Positions 1 through 14,093 are shown, numbered from the stretch's first letter. The stretch is DNA of 64,000 nt from Octopus vulgaris (GCA_951406725.2 OX597825.1:51708001-51772000), one strand, 5' to 3'. A program made the numbers and translations. The notes: generated from the sequence alone by a model not told the origin.

Positions 1-188
1 AACAAAAACACCAGGACTTACAAACACATATAACATACAGAAAATTGCACTACTAGGCACTGCACACATCCTACGCAGAACACTTTCCATACAATAACCA
101 TCAGAGCATCACAACAAATCACAGCACATACCCAAGGCACAAGAGCTGCGCTCGGTAGTGAAGTGAAAGCACGCAAAAAATAAAACTA

Positions 189-193
<5 letters not shown>
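1..193 (+). mobile_element. R4/Dong-like RLE non-LTR retrotransposon, 3' end (young family)
   Basis: Positions 2-97 translate to TKTPGLTNTYNIQKIALLGTAHILRRTLSIQ*, the C-terminus of the RLE domain. The 3' UTR ends AACTACTGAA and runs into (TAA)n. Near-identical to 62405-62580. Confidence 0.85.
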
Positions 194-286
<93 letters not shown>

Positions 287-298
287 CAATAATAATAA
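194..298 (+). repeat. (TAA)n microsatellite, tail or target of the Dong-like element
   Basis: About 35 TAA units with a few CAA variants. Confidence 0.95.
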
Positions 299-1810
299 TT
301 GACACAGAAATCAGATAATTAGATCACAACCACCCATATAAATATCTGGGAATAGACGAAACAGCTAAAATACATCACACAAGAATGAAAGAGAAAACTA
401 GAAGAGAATATTACAGAAGAGTTAGACTAGTATTAAACACTGGACTTCAAGCTAAAAATAAGATCATAAACACGCAAGCCATAACAGACATAAATTACAG
501 CTTCCACGTAATAAACTGGAAGATCAGTGAATTGAGAAACTTAGAGAGAAAAACCAGAAAACTATTCGGAGCATACCGAAGTCACCACCCCAAAGCGAAC
601 ACAGACATAATATGTCCAACCCGCTAAGAAGGCGGCCGTGGCCTGATCTAGATAAAGAGCTAATATAAAATAACAACAGTTGGACTAGAAAAAGTATTTA
701 GAAAAAGTGTGGAAGACTGCTACATGCAATACAGCAACACGAGAAAAAGAAATCGCTTTTCTCGATATACGACGAGGCGACAAAATACAAAACAAAACAA
801 ATTAAACTGATACAACGACCGCGAATGACTACGTAGTAGAAATTGTCAAAGAAGCAAAAACAACATGAAAAAAGAATTACAAAACATACTAAAGAAGAAA
901 TGAAGAGAAAAATTACTCCATGGCCAATACCCCGCAAGGATTGACGGAGAAGACGTGAGCTATGTAAAAGCCTACAATGACTCAGAAGCATTGAACTAAA
1001 ATCCGAAACGGAAGGACTTATTCTCGCTGCACAAGACCAATGCCTCGCTGCAAACAATTATAAAGCAAAAGAATGAAGAAAGTGCAAGCAGAACAATGAG
1101 ACAGTTGACCACATCTACTCGGGCCGTCCAGTCCTTGACAAGTCTGATTTTATATACGTACACGACCGAGTGAGTAGTTAGATCCACTGGACAATATGCC
1201 AGCACAACATTAAAACTGACAATAAATGGAATAATCATGTGCTAAAAAACATATAGGATAACGACCATAGGATAATCATCTGGAATATGCCTGTTCAAAC
1301 CGACAAACCAGCTAATCGACCAGACATAATAATCAAGGATTGGAAAAAGACAACTACATGCTGATAGACATTGCAGTCCCTTCTGATCAAAATATTGTCC
1401 ATTTGGATGTGGAGAAATTGTCAAAGTGCAAAAACCTCGATATTGAAGTATTCAAGATGTTGAGCATGAAGATGAAAACAATACCAGTAATAAGTGGAAC
1501 GTTGGGAATGACAAACAAAATACATGAACAAAAACGTAGAAGCTATTTTAGATCCTCAACATTACACACTGTCCAAAGAAAAGTAGCTCGGCTAGGAACA
1601 GCCTACATTCTACGCAAAACACTATCAATTCAATAATAAAAGCTAAACAAAACAATCCACGAACACAAGACAAACTCTATACTGCAAATCTCCAATAAAT
1701 AAAATACTACCAGCAAGCCGAATACACAGCGTATTACACGCACAACACACAATACAGACATTAATACAACAAAAGACTGTACCACACCTCGAAAAAAGAA
1801 AAGGTACTGA
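299..1810 (+). mobile_element. Degenerate, 5'-truncated R4/Dong-like retrotransposon (older subfamily): RT C-terminus, Zn knuckle and RLE
   Basis: Frameshifted motifs in the expected order: YKYLGI, RRVRLVL, HHPK, GGRGL, HGQY, ETEGLxLAAQDQ, ETVDHI, HDRV, PDIII, IDIAVP, EKLSK, PVISGTLG, LGTAYILRKTLSIQ*. ORFs 385-627 and 1340-1636 are pieces of it. Confidence 0.85.
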
Positions 1811-2069
1811 CGCAATATCAAGCTATAACTCGCTTAACCATCATACTGGTAAAAAGAGATAAACATCCCTCTGTTGTATATCCATTAATGTTAGATCGTC
1901 TGAAGAAATGAATCCATGAAGATGATCAACCTGATACCCAAAGATACTATGGACTACGGTGTAGATATCCCAGGAATACGGACTATGAACATAAGAGACA
2001 TGTGGCTTGTGTAAATGCACGTAACAATGCAATAAATGCTTATATATTCCATCCAAGGATTATTGTTAT

Positions 2070-3377
<1,308 letters not shown>

Positions 3378-3478
3378 CATAAAATCTGAATAAGTTTTTA
3401 TCAAGTAGCCAGCTGGCAAAACCAATTAAGGAAAAAATTAATACAAAGTACATAATTTTTTTCCTTGTATATAAAATA

Positions 3479-3721
3479 CATTATTATATCAAGGACTACT
3501 ACTATAAGTAACGGCACACGCTGTAAGAGGACTCTAAAGTGAAACTACTTCAGCAGATATACACCACACACACAGAATTCTAGGGAATGAACATGGGAAT
3601 ATCTCATCCATTCATTCCCTCGAATTAGACGCGTGTGTATTTTTTACAGTAGTTTGACTTTAGACCCCACTTACAGTGTGTGGCGTTACTTATAGTAATA
3701 GCATTTGATATAATTATAATG
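3479..3721. mobile_element. Fold-back / MITE-like element (~240 bp imperfect palindrome)
   Basis: Left arm ATTATATCAA..ACTATAAGTAACG..CTGTAAG..TCTAAAGT.AAACTACT..GAATT..AGGGAATGAA is the reverse complement of the right arm. Centre near 3600. Confidence 0.7.
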
Positions 3722-4000
3722 AAGATGGGCTACATCAAATGTTCTGCTCAGTACCACAGATTTGCTTGTCAGTTGTTTGACCTTAACCAGTTGAGCATGT
3801 CCCTTAGTGGCTGACGATATGTGCATCTCTGATCACGAGCAGAAGTAGTGGGATAGCATCATTGCTATGTGTTGAGAGGAATTCTTTAGGGTTTGAATAA
3901 TTCACCTCTGGAAATATGGGTGTTTCGTTCAACATCCTTAAACAACCCTTATTCAGGGACCCTTTGAGCAGGGTGGGTTACTCGACCAGAAGAAAATTTT
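3722..4000. repeat. Unclassified interspersed repeat fragment
   Basis: GC-richer island that resembles an abundant octopus repeat from memory. No ORF. Family not verified. Confidence 0.3.
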
Positions 4001-4261
4001 ACTCTTTTACTCGTTTCAGTCATGCTGCCGTGGTCATATTTTCTTTTGCATAGATTTGTATATTTTCTTGGATTAAAATGACGCAACTATTGTATCCTTC
4101 GTTTGAATTTAGCCCGTGTAATGTAAGTATGTAATTAAATGCGTATCAACTTATGTATATGTGTATATGAGTATACGTATAAATAGGCTTTTGTGAGCAT
4201 GCATGTATATATGTGCATGTATGTATGTGTGTATATGTATATACATACGTACATATATATA

Positions 4262-4321
<60 letters not shown>

Positions 4322-4650
4322 CATATGCATATATATATGTATGTGTGAGTGTGGGTGTACGTGTGTGTGTGTTTGTATAAATCCCCCCCTTTCCCTTCTA
4401 TAATATGGAAAATGCTCTTCCTTCTTTCAGCCCAACTATCTATATTCCTCCTGATTCCTGACGAATCAAAGTGTAAGATCTGTATTAATTAACTTCTGTA
4501 TATGAGATATTTCTAACAGAAAATTCTTTACATGTCATTCTAATATGTAAATCTCAGTAATTCTTATTAGCACCTGAAACACGTGTAATAAATAAAATCA
4601 AAAAAGTTTCCAACTGCTTGTATCCTTTTATATGTGCGCGTGTGTGCTTC

Positions 4651-4700
<50 letters not shown>

Positions 4701-4726
4701 GGGAGAGTATGCTTGTGTGTATATCT

Positions 4727-5396
4727 TCTGCTTGTTTCAGTTTTTAGGTTACGGCCATGTTGTGGCACCGCTTTAACGGCTTGTAGTTGAACGATACGAC
4801 CACATTTTTTGCTCTGATACTTATTTAATCGGTTCCTTTAGCCGAACCGCTACCCCACCCGGATGTAATGAAACCAACACTGGTTGTCAAAACGATTGGG
4901 CAAGAAACAGAAACGCACATGCACATACAAAACACGCACACACACACACACGCTTACACACACATACAATTATATAACTGAAAATGCATATAGCATATAT
5001 GTGTGTGTGTATATATATACACTATATTATATTATATTATATATTATATATTATATTATATTATGTATTATATTATATTAATATTTGGTTGACCCTTTAG
5101 CAGGGTCAACCAGATATTAAAACTAATGTATATTGTGAAATATGCCATAATCTACTACGTGTACGAGTTTCATTTACATTGAGGTAGCAGAACCACAAAT
5201 CATTGGGGCAGCCTAGTACTTCTGGCAAAGGCTGTATATATATATGACAGGTTTTTTTCAGTTTCCGTCTAGTAAATTCTTTCACAAAGCTGTGAGCGCT
5301 AGTATATGGTACTTGCTCAAGGTGCCATGAAATGCAATTGAATTCTGAACCATGTGATTTGGAGGCGAACTTCTTACCACACAACCACGCCTGAAC
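4727..5396 (-). mobile_element. tRNA-derived SINE family A, degenerate, interrupted by microsatellites and an inserted cassette
   Basis: The 3' half (4727-4930, CTTGTTTCAG..GCCGAACCGCT) and 5' half (5233-5396, TTTCAGTTTCCGTCTA..CTTACCACACAACCAC) match the intact copy at 11879-12282. Confidence 0.7.
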
Positions 5397-6269
5397 TTAT
5401 GCATATGTATGTGTATACATGTATGCACGTACAGACGTATGAACGTATGTATAAATTAACAATATTGGTGACATTTATGCATAAATTCAAGCCAGAATTT
5501 TGGAAGGAAAACAGTGAATCATATCGTTTTAATTTCTGACTGCTTCTAATATATAACACGAAAGAATTAAAGGGACGACAAGAATCGAAGATGTTTCTTC
5601 ACTGAAAATTCTTAGCTGTTTCATAAAATCGATTTTATGGTCGATGTCAAAAATTCTTAAGTAGCTCCCTGTGTTTTTGATAACCTGTTCGTCTTGCATT
5701 TTATAGTAAATTGTTGTGATGTTAAATCTTGTTCCCACTTACATGATAGTAAAAGTAGGATTTGACTTGGAAGTAGTGAAGTAAAAAGGGTTAACTTTTA
5801 CAAGGATAAGTTATGAAATGAAGTTTTATCTTGTTGAAAAGTTAGGTTTCAACTTTTCTTCAGTTTAAAAGTTTTTATTCATCGAACTCTTCTTGAACGC
5901 CTTGTTTCCCTTGAAAGAAACAGTCAAAAGTGTCTGTTAAAGAACCATTAGAACAACATTAACTATCGATCAACTCAATAGCAGCATTTTAGTCACGAAA
6001 TAAACTTTGTAGTTTATAAAGGTTCCCTAGCAGGCGGAACTTTTTCTAGCTGATGAATGTGAATGTTTAATTGTGAATCTACAACAGAAGAGTGGATAAA
6101 TGTCTTGCTTCACCTTGGTCCCTGAATTTTTATGAAATTAAAAAGACGCTTTCGTGACACAAGGAGTGTTTTGAGTAGGCGTTTTACACCCGCTGGATCC
6201 CATCCCTCTTTGGGCCTTGTCACAGAAAGAAAGAAACTTTATGTGAAACAGAACAGATAACAATACAAA

Positions 6270-6405
6270 GCTGTTACTTTATTTATCGACTCGAAATTCG
6301 ATGAAAGGCTAAGTTGACCTTTCCAGGATTTGAACTCAGAATACCAAGAGCCGGAACGATTATGCCATAAGGCATTTTATTGATAATCTGTCAATAGGTC
6401 GCTCT
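6270..6405 (-). mobile_element. tRNA-derived SINE family B, degenerate
   Basis: TTTATCGAC..GATGAAAGGC.AAGTTGACCT..GATTTGAACTCAGAA matches the other family B copies. Confidence 0.6.
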
Positions 6406-7279
6406 AGGAACAAGGTTTGCGTGTCGGCAATGCATACCAATTCGTTATCGTTATAAATTTCTATGAAGCACTTATTCTTTAAGTATTTCTTAATCAATAC
6501 CAAGTTTGTCAATTTAAATCTATCGCATTAAGCTCAACCAGTAATCCATACAAACCAATACAGGCAGTTCTGAAGAATTTAAACCTTTGTCCTTCTCATC
6601 AGGTGAGCAAATGTAATACAATGTGTGATAAGCTTATAATATGACATTTCTATAGTTTATCTCACATGTTAACTAACTGCTCCATGCAACTACAATGATA
6701 ATTCATATCATTACCTAATTATCATTCATTCAGTATCATGTCGCTAATGATGTGTTACAATATTGTACTCAACGAAACGGTCGTAGGTGTTTAACAAATG
6801 ATGCATAAACAGAGAAAAATTCATATTTTTCCTGAACGCCACTACACATACCATTCCTGTGAATGGTATGTATAGTGGTATGTATAATAGTTGAGTGTTA
6901 ATTTATTAAGGATGATTATGAATTAATAGAGTAAGAAAGAATAACGTGTCTAAAATATTAGCAAACAGAATTTTCGCTGTGATTGCATATTTTAGTGGAA
7001 TAAATTCACGAAAATGCTAAGTTTCATTTATGCTGTTATCGTAAAAAATAATTTACATTGTATTTCCATAGTAAACAATTGTCATATATTCACAGCAATA
7101 AGAGAAAAATATGTGTTGTGGTTTTCTTCTCCTGCTCCTTTTAGCACCTCTATTCTTTTCTAACTATCGCTGAAGCAATGTATACATTTTCTTGTACGAT
7201 ACCTTACAAAATATCTTCAACTTGTATCAACATGATCAGAATCTTGTACTAAATCTTGACTTCGTTTTGCATGTTTTGC

Positions 7280-7740
7280 ATATACAAAAGATGCAGAGAC
7301 GGCGGTGGTTTCGGATGCAATTCGACTATTCTGCACACTGAGGTGGTGTCTTCTGTGGCCACAGGTTTACCAAAGCCTTGTCAGTGGATTTAGCAGCAGA
7401 AGGAAAACTAAATGGATTAAAGAATACTGTCGAATATTAATATGTTTGTGTGTGCGCCGGCGTGTATGTGCAGGCGGATATGTGCGTATCTTTGTTTCTA
7501 CTTTATATTTGTTTCTATTTTAACTTCTCCGATAATCACTGAGCGGTGACGTTGTTATCATTTTCCCTGTTAGCAAATCATATGTTTGTTTTGTGTTTTC
7601 GACGGCATTTGCAGTAAGATTTCCCTTACGGAAAAACATTTAGGCGTTAGTGACAGGAATGACAATCGATTATAAAACAACCTCTCAATCATATATCCGT
7701 CTTACTCATACCAGCATGGAAGGAAAACAAAAAGAACTGT
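7280..7740 (+). mobile_element. Old SINE related to family A with a different 3' tail
   Basis: ACCAAAGCCTTGTCAGTGGATTT is shared with family A. It has a central TG-rich tract and a tail GTGACAGGAA..CCAGCATGGAA. Confidence 0.45.
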
Positions 7741-7820
7741 AAAACAATAAATGAATGATAAACAAATGAGAAAACTGTAGAGTCGAATCTAATGCAGAAA
7801 CGTCCGTGGAGACACAAATT

Positions 7821-8012
7821 GGTTTCAGATTTTGGTACAAGGCCAGCAATTTCGCGGAAAGAGGTTAAGTCAATAACTGGTACTTATATCAACCCCAAAA
7901 GGATGAAAGGTAAAGTCGAGCTCAGCTGAATTTGAACTCAGAACGTACAGGTATACGAAATGCCGCTGAACATTTTTATCCGGCGTGCTAACGATTCTGC
8001 CAGCAGGCCGCC
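7821..8012 (-). mobile_element. tRNA-derived SINE family B
   Basis: Minus strand reads GGCGG..CTGGCAGAATCGTTAGCACGCCGG..GTTCTGAGTTCAAATTC (B-box-like)..TTGTACCAAAATCTGAAACC. Confidence 0.8.
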
Positions 8013-8084
8013 CTCGGGTGGACATATATTGGATGATAATTTTTCACGGATACGTTATATTGCAGGGGCAAAGCAGCAGAAGAT

Positions 8085-8576
8085 CTAATTAAAGGGCTTC
8101 CTTTAGCTTTTTCTGACAAGAATTGACCTCTCCTTATGCTATAAGATTTGTATTTGATGTCTTCATGCACTACATTTCTTATTGTTTCTTCAGACACGAA
8201 TTTGTTTTTATAATTGATCTCATTGATTTTCCTAGATTGTCTTCAATGTTTTGCTTAACTTCCTGAATAGATTCAGGTGTCCTGATAGAATCAGAGCGTT
8301 TGGAATTGTTTTTACGTTTTGTTACCGGTAATACGCTTCCATCTTATTTCTTTAACTTACACTAAATCCTGTGGGCAGAAGATCTTGCAACTTTCAGAAA
8401 ACGAGAAATTTCTAAATCACCATGCCTAGCTTCCAAAGCCGCAATCATAGCATACCTTTTCATTTCATTATACTAGGGCATGCCATTGCTATTTTCTGAA
8501 ATAAAAGTTCAATAAAAATTAATGAAATAAAATAATGGCTAAAAATGCACGTACCTCAAATACCATTCGCACCCTC
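8085..8576 (-). mobile_element. Tc1/mariner (maT/DD37D-like) remnant: left TIR plus N-terminal transposase
   Basis: Minus translation gives KRYAMIAALEARHGDLEISRFLKVARS..VSEETIRNVVHEDIKYKSYSIRRGQFLSEKAK (HTH region). Terminus TA|GAGGGTGCG..TATTTGAGG resembles the TIR at 29285. Confidence 0.7.
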
Positions 8577-8632
8577 TATATATATACACAGTGAGAGAGA
8601 GAGAGAGAGAAAAAATGTGTGTGTGGTATCTC

Positions 8633-8669
<37 letters not shown>

Positions 8670-8889
8670 TTCGCTATATATATATAGATATATATATATA
8701 TATGTTGGTTGGTTGGCATCCTTTTTGTCTCGGGAGACAATGGAGTTGCGCATGCTACTGCTGATAGTGATATTGCTGCTGCTACTACAACTGCTGCTGC
8801 TGCTGATGATGATGAATATTAGTAGTTGAAAGTAAACATATAAAATAAACGTAGGAAAAAGAATGAAAAATCTAATAATAATTTAACAT

Positions 8890-8929
<40 letters not shown>

Positions 8930-8945
8930 AGAGAGAGAGAGAGAG

Positions 8946-9000
<55 letters not shown>

Positions 9001-10719
9001 CAGATAGATAGATAGATAGATAAACAGATAGTCAAACAGACAGACAGACAGACAGATAGATAGATAGAGAGAGAGAGATCATTAAGAACTAGTGAAGTGA
9101 TTGTGTTTATGTTTGTATGAATGTATCAATGTATGTATGAATGTATGTATGTATGTATGAATGATTGCATGTATGAATGAATGTAAGCATGTATATATGT
9201 ATCTATGCAAGCATGTATATATGTATATCTATGTATGTAGAGAAAATGTATGATAAAATGTATGTAAAAAGATTGAATGAGAGAATTAAATAGGCTGAGA
9301 CAACAACAAAAAGAGAAAGAAAGCCAACTGTAATTAAGAAGTGGGAGGATGGCATTAAGAGCAGGCATACGTCTAAATGGAGATATTGCATCAGAAAGTA
9401 GTAAAAGGTAAATCAGGGATTGCGGCCAGAGAAAAGAGATGTGTGACATGCAAGGATTAATGGATAACTGAATAGCCTAGCCATGTAAATAAGATGTGAC
9501 AATGAGAATAATGATGACATTAATGTTCGTAGTGGAGGTGGCGATGGTGATGAAGCTGGTGGGGGTTTTGGTGAAATATGTTGATGAAGATACTGACGAC
9601 GATGGCGGATCGATAATAGAAGGTTTGATGCAGATGGAAGATGTTGGGAGGGAATGAGTATAATAATTATGATGACGATGATGATGATTGTGTTGATGTC
9701 CGTTGTGGAGGTTGGGGATATTTTTGGATGTTTATGGGGCTTTTAGTGGTGGATGTGATGCTGATAATAGTTATGATCATCGTCGTGATAGAGGAACAAA
9801 AGATGGGAACGGAGTAATCGTAGTATTTCTGTTGATGTCATGATGACGATAATTGTGATGACAATGAACGTGAGTGTGACTATCAATATGAATTGCTCAA
9901 CAGGGAGAAAAGACTTCAAAGGCATCACTTGACAAAAATAGGCAAAATACACGTGCTACCGCGTGTTTCTGTGGCACTTCCATCTCGACAGGCAACACCG
10001 AACACAACATTTGCTCGTACAACCATTTAATATAAATATCGTCCCAAACGTATCTACATTTCCTGCAAGATAGATTAAGGAAAATATCCCGTACTTTCTT
10101 TACATTGTGTATTTGTTGTTCATTATTTATTTTCGCTTAATCCACAGGAACATAGCTCAACATACATCTACAAATGTAATACTTAGGCTCATAATTAGTG
10201 CTGCATCTGATTTCAGAGAGTGTTTCGGGTCTTAAAGCATGTACACTCAGCCTGGTGACCCGCCCTAGGTTTATCGAGCATAGTCTTGTGTCCAAGCAGC
10301 ATTTTACCTACCGCACCCATCACCTCTTTTCAGCCAAAACTAACTAAACCCTTACAGAGCAGCATCAATATTGTTCTTGATATCTCTTTTTATCATCGAT
10401 CCTGCAGTGCTTAGGGTTCCGTAAACTTTATTCTGAGAACGACCAGTGAACTCTCGGCTTCCATCTTTCACTTTCAGATGGTTCTCCACCTATTCTCGCA
10501 GCAGTATTCCACCAAATCCTGATACTTAGTTTATTTTTCTCTCTATTACCCCATCTCCATTCTCTCCTCACAGTTTTCTCTAACAGAAATCGCTACTTTG
10601 TTACCTTTGAAACCTTGACGGTATTCGATGTCATCAAGTTTGAGCATTGATTGAATTTTGCTTGTTTTTCATTTTCGTTCTCTTTATTTTGTATACTTTC
10701 AATGTTGAAATATTTCGCT

Positions 10720-11035
10720 TTAATGAGCTAAAACTTTTTTCCTCAAATCGCTGTGTTCTTTTTTTTGGTTTGCGAAGACTGATAACGAGGCAGTTAGTCA
10801 CATGACTAAGATCCCAGCAATCAAAGGCATTAATCTCATGACATAGTTATCTGAATTATCTTTAAATTTAATATTAGTCAACATAATCTTAACGTCTCTT
10901 AGTCTATGGATTTTTACTTTTTCTTCTCTTTCTCTGATGATTAGATCTGATTTGTTAGACAAAATTTTACTGAGGTTTTGTCGGGAACTTTCACTAATGT
11001 TCCATGGGAAAGTTGTGACATCGGTCTCGGGAGTA
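10720..11035 (-). mobile_element. Highly decayed R4/Dong-like RLE fragment
   Basis: ORF 10798-11115 contains VTTFPWN..SNKSDLIIREREEK..LRDVKI..NIKFK..MPLIAGILVM. This is collinear with the W..NRPDIVV..IDxSIP..N..KE..PIIVGAL pattern of the other copies. Confidence 0.5.
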
Positions 11036-11140
11036 ATATCAATGGTGATGGTGACGGTGATGTAGTGATGGTCGTATAGTGGTAGAGATGGTGGTCTGGT
11101 AGTGGTAGTCATCACCCACGTGACAGTCTTCTTCTTCTTC

Positions 11141-11175
<35 letters not shown>

Positions 11176-11183
11176 TTTATTAA

Positions 11184-11416
11184 TACTCTTTTTACTCCTT
11201 TACTTGTTTCAGTCATTTGACTGCGGCCATGCTGGAGAACCGCCTTTTAGTCGAGCAAATCGACCCCAGGACTTATTCTTTGTAAGCCTAGTACTTATTC
11301 TATCGGTCTCTTTTGCCGAACCGCTAAGTAACGGGGACGTAAACATACCAGCATCGGTTGTCAAGCGATGTTGAGTCTACAAACACAGACACACAAACAC
11401 ACACACACACATATTT

Positions 11417-11451
<35 letters not shown>

Positions 11452-11615
11452 GTTTAAGTAATTGAGATTCAAGTGAATTCTAATGAATTCACATGAATAT
11501 GGTCCTTAACTAGGATGCACCGGAAATCTATATGGTGTTAACCATATAGCTTATTAAAGATGTCCTCGTACGAAACAATTGTACCGAGATTTTAATCCAT
11601 TCTTGTTGCTTTTTT

Positions 11616-11654
<39 letters not shown>

Positions 11655-11816
11655 GACAGGCTTCTTTCAGTTTCCGTCTACCAAATCCACTCACAAGGCT
11701 TTGGTCGGCCCGAGGCTATAGTAGAAGACACTTTCTCAAGGTGCCACGCAGTGGGACTGAACCCGGAAACGTGTGGTTGGTAAGCAAGCTACTTGCCACA
11801 CAGCCACTCCTGCGCC
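11184..11816 (-). mobile_element. tRNA-derived SINE family A, full length, with a cassette inserted in its internal (TA)n
   Basis: Head GGCGCAGGAGTGGCTGTGTGG..CGGGTTCAGTCCC (A/B-box-like), internal microsatellite and (AAAGAGTA)-type tail. Resembles octopus OK/OR-type SINEs; exact family unverified. Confidence 0.9.
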
Positions 11817-11837
11817 TATTATTATTATTATTATTAT

Positions 11838-11878
<41 letters not shown>

Positions 11879-11879
<1 letters not shown>

Positions 11880-12282
11880 GCGCTGGAGTGGCTGTGTGGT
11901 AAGTAGCTTGCTTACCAACCTCATGGTTCTCGGGTTCAGTCCCACTGCGTAGCACCTTGGGCAAGTGTCTCGTACTATAGCCCCGGGCCGACCAAAGCCT
12001 TGTGAGTGAATTTCGTAGACGGAAACTGAAAGAAGCCCGTCGTATATATGTATATATATATTATGTATGTCTCTGTATATATTTGTGTGTCTGTGTTTGT
12101 AGCCCAACATCGCTTGATAACCGATGCTGGTGTGTTTACGTCCCTGTAACTTAGCGGTTCGGCAAATAAGACCGATAGAATAAGTACTAGTCTTACAAAG
12201 AATAAGTCCTGGGGTCGATTTGCTCGACTAAAGGCGGTGCTCCAGCATGGCCGCAGTCAAATGACTGAAACAAGTAAGGGAG
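11879..12282 (+). mobile_element. tRNA-derived SINE family A, full length
   Basis: GGCGCTGGAGTGGCTGTGTGGTAAG..GGGTTCAGTCCC..GACGGAAACTGAAAGAAGCCCGTCG..GCAGTCAAATGACTGAAACAAGTAA. Confidence 0.9.
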
Positions 12283-12283
12283 C

Positions 12284-12337
<54 letters not shown>

Positions 12338-13068
12338 TGTAGTGTAGTAGTAGTAGTTGCTGTAGCAGTGTTGTGTCGATAATATGTGTAGGGTTGTTTG
12401 TGGTGGGGTGCCCGTTGCGCAGGCGCTATTACTTGTAGTAGTGTGGCCTTGATCGTAGTGATTGTTGTGATTGATGGTTCAGATTTTAATGGGTTAAGTG
12501 TGAATGGCGTTTGGTGGTTGGATTGGTGATGGTGTTATATGAGGTGGTAATATGATGATGGCAGTGAAGGCGGCGGTGGTGTTAGTATTCACTTTGGTTG
12601 TTGTAATAGGTGTGGTGGCAGTAGAAACGTCTTGATTATGACAGTACAGCGCCTCAAACTGCGTGTTGTGTTCTTTATAACCTCACCAACAACTTGATGG
12701 ATATTCCATTGTGATCGATCATTTTGCCATTATACACATATATAATCGTTTTTGTATGTGTACGCACATATCTATCTACGTACGTATAAATGAACATACG
12801 TAAATAAATATGTGCGTGTATATGCAAGTATGTGCTTGCGTATATGTGTTTGTGTATGTATGTATGTATGTATGTATGTATGTATGTGCATAAGCATGTA
12901 TGACATACTTGAGTGTATGTGAATATATCACTTATATGTATACGTCTGCATATGTGTATGTGCTTGTGTATTTATGTGTTTGCATTTGGATGTATGTCCG
13001 TATATATGTGAATGTGTGTACATATATACACATATGTGAGTGTGTGTGTGAGCAAGTGTGAGAATATG

Positions 13069-13102
<34 letters not shown>

Positions 13103-13620
13103 TATTCATAAAGGTATTTATGCGTGTGTGTGTGTGCGGGCGAGTGATAGAAAGACAGAGACAAAAGAGAGAGAGAGAGAGAAATAGAGGAACAATGTGC
13201 GTGTGTATACATACACGCTGATATAACAGTTGAGTGACTATTTTTTCTGCCACACATAAAGGAACTACCTTGGTGATGCTACTGGTCCTGGAAGAAACTG
13301 CAGATACTAGCCAAAGAACCATTGAATCTTTGTGTGTTGTGTTGGCAAGAAAAAATCTGTAATTACGACTACATACATATGCAGTCTACATATTAAACAA
13401 CACCTCACTAAATCTATTCTTTCTTTGGATAGATATTCAATAAATTTCGGGGTGGGGTTATTTCTATCGCAAATGCAAAAACTGGAATGTAAAAAAATAT
13501 AAAATAGGAAAATGGAACGAAAATGGATAAAAAAATATACAGAGAAGGACGGGAATGAATTTTCTAAAGAATTTTACTGACATTTCTAGATATAGCTATA
13601 ATTAACATACGATATCAATG

Positions 13621-13660
<40 letters not shown>

Positions 13661-14054
13661 CTATGAAAATAGTCCGGCAGTGACGTTAGAAAGATCGAAA
13701 AGACCCACCAACAGTTGCTATAGAAAATGAGAATACGCGGAATTAAACGGTAACTACTTGACGGTGTTTCCTCCATATAGAGTGTGGCTGTTGTTATTTT
13801 ATGGAGAGGGAAATGTTATATCTTATATTTTATTTTGTTTATTTCAATATTTTGAAGTTGAATGTGGAATCCTCGTAATGTTTCGATTAAATACACATTA
13901 GCGAGAAGTATGTATGTTAATGAATTCTTGAAATAAAGATAATATAAACATTATGCCAGGATATCAAACGACGAGGATTGGGAAAATATCAGTTCATGGA
14001 TATATGAGAAAGTTGAATACAATGTGCTATTTTTAACGTTTGTTCAGTTATCGT

Positions 14055-14093
<39 letters not shown>

